Positions 22,754 through 33,536 of a DNA stretch of 38,022 bases are shown one piece after another. Source of the DNA: Utricularia gibba. Lineage: Eukaryota > Plantae > Magnoliophyta. The DNA lies in contig NEEC01000063.1 in NCBI GenBank assembly GCA_002189035.1, positions 1 to 38,022 on the forward strand. The letters run 5' to 3'. Every line of letters begins with the position of its first letter. Positions within the stretch are counted from its first letter, which is position 1. The position numbers were made by a program, and so were the translations under genes. The notes under the pieces were generated by a model. That model searched no databases. It was not told the DNA's origin and worked only from the letters and a program-made list of their open reading frames with translations.

Positions 22754-23840
22754 TGGATAATCTTTATTTAATAATTTTAATGTTACAAATATAAATTTCC
22801 AAAACAAAATTCATTTATGTAAATATTACAAAAAAATTTGTACATAAATGACTTTTTATGTACAAAAAAAATATTAATTATGATATTTATAATATAATAT
22901 ATACATATAAAAAGTAAGATATATAATTTTAAAATTCTAATATAAACAGTTCACATGATGAATAATTTTTTAAAGAGTGTTTTTTACAATGGTAACTTTT
23001 CAAAATGACTCACGGCCACATAGTGTGTGAGCCCTACTTACACCGACTTGCAGCATGCCTACTCTACCCTGGGCCGATTACCATTAGATGTCGACATATA
23101 GAGCATGTTATAGAAACCGCGATTCAACGAAGGACAGGTAGCCGTCCACGTGTGGATAATTAGACTAGTATATATAGCACCAGGTGCGAAGCCTATATAA
23201 AATCAACTAGTCTATTTTCATTTTATTATCCACACATGGACTAGGGGGTGTCCTTCCTTGAAGCGCCGTCTCTATCACATGCTCTATATGCTGGCACCTA
23301 GTGGTAACTGGCCCCTCATTACACTTTAAAAATATAAATTGTTAATTCATGATTCTATTAAATATTCTTACCCAAAAGATGGCCCCCCTCATGGGGCCAT
23401 CACAGCAGATTGGGTAGTTGAATAACTTGCCCGCCAATGTATAGATTTCATCTGCCTACATTTTGTGATGCAAGGTTTAATCATCCCACCTTCTTATATA
23501 GTGTTGAGAAGAAAAATCTATATAATAAAAAGTTTATGTTTTTTGAAAAATATTACACTTTAATCATGCGCATTACAAAACTCATAACATTGCACTAGTA
23601 ATTCTAAAAAAAATTGTAATATGTATTTTGTAATTTCACTTTAACAAAAGTCGCTATGTTGTGTAAATAATCTGAAAAAAGTTGTAATATGTGATTTTTG
23701 ATACTTGAAAAAATTTACTAAGAAATAGCAAAAAATGTTAGAAAAATTTCTATAAAATATTTGAAAAGTCAAGGGCAAAGAATGAAGTGAAGGGACATGT
23801 ACAAAATTTCTATAGAATATTTTGTACTAAAGATTAGTAT
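22754..23840. repeat. Foldback element copy 3 (truncated at both ends)
   Basis: Near-identical to ~19499-20625, starting TGGATAATCTTTATTTAATAATTTTAATGTTACAAATATA. Inner hairpin arms 23071-23160 and 23225-23314. Confidence 0.85.
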
Positions 23841-24354
23841 TTGTGTATGAAGTTCAGTAAATCAAATAATACTCCTAATATTAACCAACTTTAAGTCCAA
23901 TAGCAAAGTTTTAAAACTAGAGACATGACATAAATTTCATGCAGAAACCAATCAGCAGGACATGTAGCACAAAGAGGGAAGTCAATGAGTGCAATTTTCA
24001 TCGCCTCATATTATAGATTCAAAATAGGAACAACATGGTTGTAAGAAACTGTACTTGTATTGGAAAATGATAAGAAGAGAAATATAGATTTTTTGGACAG
24101 AGAGCAACCACGAAAAAAGAGTGTGAGGGATGAGGTGGGGGGAGAATACAATGATCAGTAGGATATGATTTTCAGCAGAAGAACCTTTAACTTAAAGTTG
24201 ATAATTGAAAACCCATTTTATCACTAATAGATCATAAATATTAGCACACAAAAGATAAAAATTTATTTCTTTTTTTTTTCTAGTTTGCTGAATATTCTAT
24301 CTTTGCAGTGTTCCTCTTATGATATTTCTTACAATTTCTTCAGTTTATGTCTTT

Positions 24355-24738
24355 GCACGAAGTGAGCTCCTCCAAGCCTTGAAAATCATGCAAATCAAGC
24401 AGCTTCAAGAGCTTATCAATCATTAAAACGAGCCGTGGCTCAGGTAGAGTTGACGTCGATGTCCAACTGCTCGATAAGCCTCTGCTTTTAGGCCCTGATA
24501 CATAGCAATATACGGAAGATGCATTTTGCCGTCGAAGGAAATAGGCGCTGCAACTATTATAATGAATTAAATTAAAATATTTATAAAACAAAATAATAAT
24601 TATTTATTTTTAGAAATGTCATAATTTTTTTAATAAAAAATATTAAATTGAATCAAGGACACTGGCCTCCACTCCTTCCGTACATCTCTAATATATTTTT
24701 TTTTATTTCTAAATTTTGAATTATTTATGATTAATATT
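24355..24738 (+). pseudogene. Duplicated fragment of XBAT31 3' end (last 50 codons plus 3' flank)
   Basis: 24356-24505 aligns without gaps to 13291-13440, with 18 mismatches in 150 nt by manual count. CGA>TGA stop at 24380-24382. Homology continues about 230 nt into the 3' UTR/flank. Confidence 0.92.
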
Positions 24739-24859
24739 TTCTTTTCTATGTTTTGAGCCGGCCCATTTAAAGAAGCGTTGGGCTGGTTTGATTAATTATC
24801 GAACGTTGCCTTTTAGGGTACCCAATGCTGCCGAACCGCAAGCTGCACGCGGATGTCTT

Positions 24860-24867
24860 AAACCCTA
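24860..24867 (+). promoter_or_regulatory. Telo-box upstream of TIM9-like ATG, with a site II-like GGCCCA near 24760
   Basis: AAACCCTA about 30 nt upstream of the ATG. The telo-box plus site II pairing is typical of plant housekeeping and mitochondrial-protein promoters. Confidence 0.55.
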
Positions 24868-24894
24868 GCTGGGGTGCGAGTGTCGTCGGCGATC

Positions 24895-25595
24895 ATGGAT
24901 AGCTGTTCTGTACCTGGAGGCATTTCATCTCTTTCCGAAGCAGACAATGATCGAATCGCAAAAATGATAGATCAGTTTCAGACGCGGGACAGGTAAAAGG
25001 CTTTTGAGCTGTGTAGTGTTTTTGGCCCGTTCGTGATTTGGGAGGCTTGGTGATCTTTGAACGACGCTTGCGTGAGTGTAGGTTGCTTCAGAGAATTTAG
25101 GTTGCATGAATTTGTTAGATGTTATGCAACTTTGTACATGAAGCTATAACGAGCATTCTCCTTATAAACCAGGGCATCATTTGTTTTTACTGTGCATCTG
25201 GACGTTAAGGGAATGACACTTTTTATTCAAGATTATGAATCTTGTGTGAACGCTGTTTTTGTTCTTTCATTGATGCGAATAGACATACTCTGAATCGGCG
25301 AAAATGTTTGGCGATTGCTACTGAGTTTGTATGTGGTTTCTTGTCATGTTTCCATTATTTTTCTTTGGTGTTACACTGATGCTTCATGATTTGTGTTTCC
25401 AGTCTGAAGACATACAATATGCTTGTAGAGCGATGCTTCAACGGTTGTGTGCACAGCTTTTACCGCAAGTCCCTGGGCAAACAAGAAGAGAACTGTGTCA
25501 GGCACTGCGTTGAAAAGTTTCTTAGGCTTTCTATGAGGGTGTCAATACAGTTTGCTGAAATGAATCAGGCACAGCAGGATGGGTATCATGCCTGA
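24895..25595 (+). CDS. TIM9: Mitochondrial intermembrane-space small Tim chaperone, Tim9-like
   Basis: Exons 24895-24992 and 25403-25595. Product MDSCSVPGG...MIDQFQTRDSLKTYNMLVERCFNGCVHSFYRKSLGKQEENCVRHCVEKFLRLSMRV with an intact twin CX3C motif. Confidence 0.88.
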
Positions 25596-26135
25596 TGCTT
25601 TCACGAGTTCTGGAAGTTCATGTCCTCATCAACACCTAGCTATTGCTGTAGCACACGGTGCAAGGGAAGGGAAAATCTACGGTTGCATGAAGATAGCATT
25701 ATTTGTTATTCTTGCAGACCCTTTCTGCTTTCTCCCTTTCCACAGTGCAAAGCAAAGTTTTATAAAGTGTCACACATCCATGGGATGGAGCGGCAGATGC
25801 ATTGTGTGGAAGCAACATTCATGGAGACTTAACCAAACCAGCTCTAGGTACAGTTCTGATTCGATAGCCTGAGCTCGTGTAACTTTTTGAATGTGCTGGA
25901 AGTTTTAAACATATTATGAGAATTCGATTTCTTATTCCACCAAGAAATCCAAGATTCATATCAATTGTGATTCTGTCACATTCTAATGCACAGTAGTCGA
26001 TGAATGTTTGGTACATAAGAATCAGACGGGTACAAAGCTATTTGCAAAAAGAGAAAAAGTACAAAAATCTTATTTGTTTGATTGAACCAGCGAAAGTAAA
26101 AATTTGCATTCTCAGATCCGGCTTGTACTTCCCAT

Positions 26136-27075
26136 CTAATGATCTCTGATTGAACGAAGGGATTGATGTGCTACACAACTATGTGAAGGAGAATATGTTT
26201 GTGTGTCAGGAGACACTATTCTTTTGCAGGGAGTTTCCCATTTGGCTGCTAAATAATTCAAGGATCTCCAAGGAGGAAGAGGCATTGAGTTTTGTGTGAG
26301 AGAGCATGTTGCTGCATCCACCATGATTCGAAGAATCTGCTTTAGCTTTGCCATGTTTCCAACGAAGATCGGGGGAAGAGAATCAAGGACTGTGCTGTAT
26401 GGCTGCACGGCTCGAGCTATCTGAAAATGGCGTCGGAAATCAACCTCGATAATGCATTTCTCTGGTTCTCCATAGCCCCTCTGGTCTAACACATCTATAT
26501 ACTCATGCTGCCCTGAGATTTGATGATAATTAGTGAATAACTGCTGACAATCTAGGGCATGTTTTTGAACAGGTTAAGCTACCTCCAGGGTATTTGCCAA
26601 CGCCTTCCCATTTGGAAACGCACAGAGCTGCATTGTAACCAGATGATCGCAGGGCCTTCACCAAGGAATGCAGAACGCCGTTTGAGTCGCAAGGCCCCCG
26701 CATTTCGAACTGCGCCGACTCCGGCATCGAGAGAATCTGCGACCTGGTTACCTCCATCAGTTCGTTCTCATATTTATCCGACGATCGCAAGCAGACCTGC
26801 AAGTTCAGCACCACCGTATTCCTCAGAGAAGGCTCTACCATTTCCGATAACGCTGCCGATCAATCTACTGCTGTTATACAACTGACCGAAATCCTTTCAG
26901 CGTGGTACAGAAGGTCAGAGAAACCGCCATCGGAATCGGGACTGCACCACGGCTCCATCGTGTCGGCGCTTCCGATCTCTAGGAAGTCTTCCACCATGGC
27001 AGCCAAATCCAGGTCGCTCCCCGTCCTCGGGTATGAGTGCCGCCTGGCAGCGGCGGCCGGTTCTCGGCTCCGCAT
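26136..27075 (-). CDS. Plant DUF506 (PDDEXK-like) family protein
   Basis: Exons 27075-26887, 26796-26583, 26512-26136. Motifs DLAAMVEDFLE, LRSSGYNAALCVSKW, GQHEYIDV, IIEVDFRRHFQIARA, LPPIFVG, SMPLPPWRSLNYLAAKW. Confidence 0.9.
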
Positions 27076-28227
27076 CCCCGAGTCCTGGATGTTGAACGGT
27101 TGAGCAGTGGCGTGCTTTGAAGAGGTTTTAAAAAGAAGCGCGTTGGGCGAGCAGTTGACCAAGTTCCAGGGAAACTTCCCAAACGCGTTTCCTCAGAAAA
27201 CAGTTTGGGAGGCTATAAATAGAATATTAAGTGCATCCTCAAGATAATAATAGTTTTATTCATTTTCATTGCGTTAATTTATTATGAAAATGAACATTTT
27301 ATTAATTAAATTCTCCACTTTATTCATGACCTTGACATTCATCAGTGTGAGTGCAATTATTTTCTAATCTAAAATTGAAAAGGAAAATAATAAATATTTT
27401 TTTAGTTGTGCATTAACTTCATTTTTACTTGTAATTTTATCAAAATATTTTTAATTTATTCCTCAATTTTGAAATTTATTTTTATTTCCAGAAATTTCAT
27501 CTTAAAATTTTATTATTATTATTTTAAAAAATGAGTGGTAAAAAAAATTAGTAATTTAATTTTGGGTTAAACCCTGTCTACCGACGCTTCCCCTGCCACC
27601 TTTCGTAGCGTTCGCAATTCACTGACTGGGGCTTTTTCAGCGTTTATTAGGTGAGTGCTTGGGTTTTAGGTTGGGATCAGGTGACGGAGTAAGGTTTTGA
27701 GGTTCTTTTTTTCTTGGAATTGGTTGTCATCAGGTGACTACGGTTTTTCCATTGACGACAAAACCCATTGGGTAATGTTTCGTTCTTTTGCGCTATCTAT
27801 GGTCATCTTAAAGTAGCCGATAGTTCTTTCATTTTCTTTTTGCGTAGGGTTCATCTCGTTGCGAAATCCATCATTTTTACCTAATTATGGACAGTAAAGT
27901 GGCACAGGAGCTGAAATGAATCTGCTAAAGTGTTTCCTAGTAGCTCGTTCTCCGGCGTTTAATCAGTGTGCGTCGAAGGCTTTTCTGGGAATTTGATTTT
28001 GTTATCAGTGTGAATGATGTGCAACAAAAATTCTGGTCATTTTGGTTTCAATTTCATGCTTGTATAAATGGATTGATACAAACAAATTCTTCATTTGGGA
28101 TTTTCATTATGTTTGATGGAGATATGGTAAGCTTCTTTACGATCTTATTTCCTTAATGTACTTTTCAGTTGCCTATTACCTTCGGTTATGATCTTTTTTT
28201 GTCTCCTTCATTTGTCAGCAGTGGAAG

Positions 28228-31004
28228 ATGTCTCATGCAAGAGACTGGAAGCATGCCAGGGAATCAGAGATCTACGATAAGTATTATAACGAGTTAATTA
28301 ATGAAAAAGTCAGGTGCATTAGTTCTAGGGGGTACTTCTATTGCCCTTATTGTCAGACTGATCGAAGGTATGAGCTGACTGAGTTAAAATCTCATGCATC
28401 TCGGATTTCTCGAGAATCAAAAAGTGCCAGTTTCAGGGACAAGGTAAAACATATGGGGTTGCTTGATTATCTGGATGTTCATAGGTCCTCAGAGTTGAAA
28501 CTTGGGAAATGTATGGAGGAAGGTAGTAAGAATGAGCTCAATCGTGGAGATGCAAGTACATGTGTATCTAATCATCCGAAGGCTGTGGACATTAAACCTG
28601 GGGGAATTTATGAAGAATCAGTGCAACGTGATTCAAATAATAAGAAATCGAGCAAAACGTCCATGAGGTTTGAGTTTGCTACCCGAAAAGAACATGGAAG
28701 TAAAGATGAACTGATGGTGTGGCCTTGGATGGCGATTGTTGCCAATATCCCTGTTCAGTTAGTTAATGGAAAATATGTGGGTGAAAGTGGCAATAAGATA
28801 AAAGAGGAATTTCTTCGTGAAGGACTCAATCCTTTAAAAGTCCATCCCTTATGGGATTACAGTGGCCATTCTGGGTTTGCGGTTGTTGATTTCAGTAAAG
28901 ATTGGGAAGGTTTCAATGATGCTCTGGCATTTGAGAAGGCATTTGAAATGCGTCAGCATGGGAAAAGGGATTGGTATGCAGCTACGCATAAGGGAGACAT
29001 GCTATATGGGTGGCTTGCACGTGAAGAAGAATATCGGTTGAAGGGACCTATAGGTAAGCATCTCCAAAAGAACGGGGACCTCCAAACAGTTTCAGAGATT
29101 CAAAAAGATAATCAGAGGAAGGAAAAATCCCTTCTGAACAATTTAGCCAATGTGTTGTCGTCAAAGGATGAGAAATGCAAGGAGATAAAGTGGAAGATTA
29201 CAAAGAAAGACAATTTCATCAAAAAGCTGTTGATGATGATGGAGGAGATGACTGAAAATTACAACAAAGGTTCTCCATTAATTTCTGCTGTTCTATTCCA
29301 TTTCTTATTTCAATATGCTGCAACTAAGAATCATCCCTTGTCTAACTATTGTGAAAGAGATGAAAAAGATCCAGGATAATGAATCTGATCGGCTACGGAG
29401 AATTTCAGAGGATCATATGAGAAGTAAATCCCATCTGGAGGCGCGGAGACAACAACTGAAGTCATGGGAAAAGGAATTGAATAAACTTCAAGTTCTGAAT
29501 GAGAGTGCATGGAGGAAGCTAGATAAACAAAAGAAAATGGTACCTTTTTTCCCTGTTTATTAGTTTTCCTGTCCCAATTGCTAAGCAAAGTCGCAGATGA
29601 TATCAAGATTCACTTCTTACTACTTTCACTTTCGTGTTTCAAGTATTCTCATTGTGTGACAGTGTGCAGACCTGGTCAAATGAATTATTCCCGTTTTGCT
29701 TTAACTTATATAATATATTCTGCTTTAAAACTACTATTTCATGAACGTGTCATCCTGATGCTGTGCAGAATGAGATGGCAATTATGGAACAAAAAAAGGC
29801 TGATGAGAAAATGGAAAAGCTTGCACAGGAACACAAGGTGTGGCTTAGCTCGTGTATTTAACTTCTTGACCCTTGTGACACAATAAATGCTGAGGCTTTT
29901 CCTCGAATTTCAGGAAGAGAAAGAGCGTCTGCAAAAAAAGATTATCGAACTAGAGAAAATGTTTGATCATAAACAGGCCCTGGAATTGCAGATAGAGCGC
30001 ATAAGGGGTGATCTTGAGGTGAGGAAATGTATCATTGCCCAAGGAGAAACTGAAGAGATAGAAAAGATGAATGCAATCAAAGGGGAACTTAATAGCATGG
30101 AAGAGGAACTAGAAATGCTGGACTCTCTTACTCAAGCAGTTATAGTAAATGAGAGAAAAGCAAACGATGAGCTGCAAGATGCTCGCAAGGAGCTAATAAA
30201 AGTCAGTTCCTATGAACTCCCTGCATTATTTTTCATGTTATACGTTATTTGGATAAAAGTATCAATTTTTCTTCTGTTTCTTCTGTTACACAATGGCTCT
30301 TAGGCATGACTTGCAGTGCTTGCATCAGGTGGCCTTGATGCTGAATCAGTGAGCATTCTTGGTTTAAACTGCCTTGTGGTTTGATGCATTGTAAATATCT
30401 GTTTGCCTTAGGGATTCAAAGCTAGCAAAGCTAACATATGTGTTAAACGAATGGGTGAACTTGATGGAAGGCCTTTTATTGCGCTGCAAAGAGGAACATC
30501 ACCGGTGAGGAAGATGTAGCAGAAAAAGCAGCACAGCTGTGCTCCTTGTGGGAAGACAGTCTCCGGGATCCGAACTGGCATCCCTATAAAATGGTTAAGG
30601 ATGGAGAAAGTTACAAGGTGATGACTTATATGACACAGATGCTTGAATATTTTATTTTACCCACCATTCAAGGATTCCTTTCGTGTTCTTTTTCGGAAAA
30701 GAAAAAGATATTGGAATTTATGTTTTACCCACAACTTTTTGATGTCCACCGCAAATTACACTTTCAGGAGATACTTGACAAAGATGATCAGAAAATAAGG
30801 GAACTTGAAGATGATCTGGGTGATGAAGTGTTTGTGGCTGTGACTACAGCCTTAAAGGAGTTGAATGAGTGTAACCCAAGTGGTAGATATCCGTTGCCCG
30901 AGTTGTGGAATCGCAGTGAGAATAGGAAGGCTTCTGTGATAGAGGGGATTGAATATTTGGTGAAACAGTGGAAGATCCACAAGCCGAAGCGTAAGAGGAA
31001 CTGA
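28228..31004 (+). CDS. Factor of DNA methylation / IDN2-like protein (zf-XS, XS, coiled coil, XH); apparent -1 frameshift at ~30481-30483
   Basis: Exons 28228-29269, 29358-29539, 29769-29837, 29914-30201, 30412-30617, 30768-31004. zf-XS (FYCPYC...HAS...H), XS (VWPWMAIVANIP, GHSGFAVVDFSKDWEGF) and XH (VKRMGELD, LWEDSLRDPNWHPYK, NECNPSGRYPLPELWN). Confidence 0.92.
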
Positions 31005-31053
31005 TTGTAAGTACCTTTAACAGCAGGAACTGATTGCATGTACCTTAACAGCA
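30997..31053 (+). repeat. Imperfect ~29-bp tandem duplication spanning the FDM stop codon
   Basis: GGAACTGATTGTAAGTACCTTTAACAGCA followed by GGAACTGATTGCATGTACCTTAACAGCA. Confidence 0.85.
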
Positions 31054-31401
31054 CTTCTCTGATCCTTTGTTTCCCACGTGATATTTGTACTCTTTGATGT
31101 GCTCAATGCCAATGGGTTTTTCGGTGCTTTTAAGCATACCTGCACCCTTTATGTGGTTTGAACCAGAGATGATTTATCGTAGATGATATGCTAAAACTTA
31201 AAGCTGCATACGGAACATGAGTTTTACGAGGGAAAGGAAAATGAACATAGTTGTGGAAGTTGCAAATCTCAACCTACTCAGCATAATACTGGCTGCAAAG
31301 GTTTTGTGCTTCTCAAACTATTTAGGTAGGTTGAATCCTGCTCAGTTCTTAATTTGCTTCCAAAGGTTTGTTTGCTTCTTCTTGCAGCCCTTAAAGTTGC
31401 T

Positions 31402-33077
31402 TCAAGATGTCGGTTTCCAAAATGAAAGAGCATACACAACTCTTCCTTTCCACCCCTGTAACATCCATTTGCCATCTTCCTCCACCAAAAAATCAGGATG
31501 GTACCACAGACGAACCTTCGTCTTTGCTTCTTGCAATATTTGCTTGTCCAGTGGGAGCTGTTCAAAGCCAGCCCTATTATCCCGAACTTGCCATTTTTTG
31601 TACCCCTCTGGTCTCTCCACCCTCTCCGATCCTTCACATGTAACCACATTCATGATCTCACTCCCAAGAATGTCCCTCTCATAAACCTGTCTTTCATTGT
31701 CTTCACGGGGCATCGTTGCTTCCAGCATGTCGAATAGACATGAGTAGTGATTAAGTGCTTCACCAAATCTTGTTGTGAAAAGAGGAACTCCATGATTGGC
31801 ATTGGATATCCCATGGACAAATATGGTGGGGTAGATTTCCCTGATCAACTTCAGTACAGAATCACGAGGGCTCTCCAGGTCAAGGCTCATGGATTCTTCC
31901 AGTACATGCTTCATTTGGTACACGGAGTTCACCACAACAACCTCATCCTCTTCGATCCCGAGGTCCTCCAGTTTAATCTCTTTCCACTTCTTGGCAATGG
32001 GGTGATACTCAAAAGGTACGTCAAATCTCTTACAATAGCTCATCAGCCATCTCCCTACTCTCTCAACTCTTGCTGCTGGTTTCAATCCCGCCTGTGGCAA
32101 ATCTATTCCTGTTATTTTCAAAAGGGGTGGTCCTCCAGGCTTCAAAGAAATACCCTGTATCAGACATGGCCATTGAAAGCCATACATTATGCCAAAATCT
32201 ATGATATGAATCTTCTGTGCTTCCCTTGTATACAATGCAATCGTCTTGTTTGCGACTATGTTCGACAACCGTTGGAATGGGCAAGCTTGAAAATATGCCT
32301 GATAGCATTTCAATATCTGTGCAGGCTGGCTACTCCTTGACAATGAGCTCGCAGCAGCAGTGTACAACATGGAGCCTGTGCCCTCTATTCTAGCATCCAG
32401 CGCATTGGCAAAATAATGAGCTAATCTCTCTGTGTGATCCCCATATGGGGAAGAATGCCGCCTGATCCCCATCAGCAGTTCCCTCGCAGCGCCGTTGTTC
32501 AACACAGAAACAGCTTTTGCTGCCTGAGAAAGAAGGGTCTTGAAATCAATGATCTCCTTCACACCGGACTGTTTCTTGCTCCCTTCTTCGGTCTCCCCCT
32601 CTTGAGCTCGGGCGGTTTTATGTACTTCCTGCTGACATTCTCATCTTCCGATGAATCCTGATTGTTGCCTGTACAAGCCGTTGACGTTTCATAGAAACAG
32701 GGGTTCATTTTCTGACAAAGAAGTGTCTTATCATACTTGTCCGTGGGCTCACATTCATCATCATCATCCCCTGCTGCTATCTGCTTCCTTCTACGCTCCT
32801 GGTCATCGTCATCCTCATTTTCTTCATCGTCCCTTCTCCTTCGTCCCTTGCCCTGCGATTCCCCACCCGGAAACGGATGACCCTGACCCGAATCACCATC
32901 ACCATCAATCCTTCCGGTCCCGGCAGCTTCATCCTGCGCCTGACTATCCAACAAATCATAGAAAGTCTTCTCAATACACGAAGAGAAAGCACCCAGATTA
33001 TCAGCATCATCGTCCTCTTCCATCAGAATCTTCTCTATGTACTCAAAAACCCCATTGAAGTAGTCGCAAGCCACCAT
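31402..33077 (-). CDS. GRAS transcription regulator, LISCL/SCL14-like; intronless body with an apparent -1 frameshift at ~32581-32583; 5' end uncertain
   Basis: ORF 33221-32559 carries the LISCL N-terminal motif (DYFNGVFEYIEKILMEED...EKTFYDLL). ORF 32562-31402 carries the GRAS domain (RLAHYFANALDARI, IHIIDFGIMYGFQWP, RVERPEGYKKWQ, WMLQGWKGRVVYALSFW). First in-frame ATG is at 33077. Confidence 0.88.
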
Positions 33078-33536
33078 CCTGCCACAATCTTCTTCTCCGT
33101 CAACGCCGATCCCTGTAAAAAATGATGGATTCAAAGCAGAGATGGACTTTTCTTTTCTTGTCGCCACATAAAACAGCCGCTCCTTTGGGCAGATTTTTCT
33201 TCTCGAGCCCCCGACCGACACTCCATCTGCGCTCCTTCTCTGGAGCTGTCAGTCCTTGGCAATGGCGTCCATCCCCAGCCCCATTCACTGAATCTCTTAC
33301 ATCATTTTCATCCCTCCCGGGCCTTTTCTTTTTTTGTTTTTTTCTTACATGGCATTTCATCCTATTTAATAATTATTAATTAATAAAACCTCATCTCATT
33401 AAAATAAAAATAAAAAGAGGAAAAAAGGAAAAAAAAAAAAAGATTCCGCAATCCATAGGCTTCTAGAAAGGGAAACAAAGCCAATGTAAAATAACAAGTG
33501 GGACTAAAAATAATAATATAAAATATTGATAATGTT

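Noticed and set aside
31747-32340. 197-aa + strand ORF, and similar antisense or alternate-frame ORFs over PUB13, ACR9, XBAT31 and Rab5ip (e.g. 34516-34896)
   Set aside because: Shadow ORFs of real coding sequence on the opposite strand or another frame, with no recognisable motifs.
1-33077. SMOS1-type AP2 and a GRAS gene in one window as a partner pair
   Set aside because: The known SMOS1 partner is the DLT/SCL28-type GRAS. This GRAS has LISCL motifs, and the genes are more than 30 kb apart.
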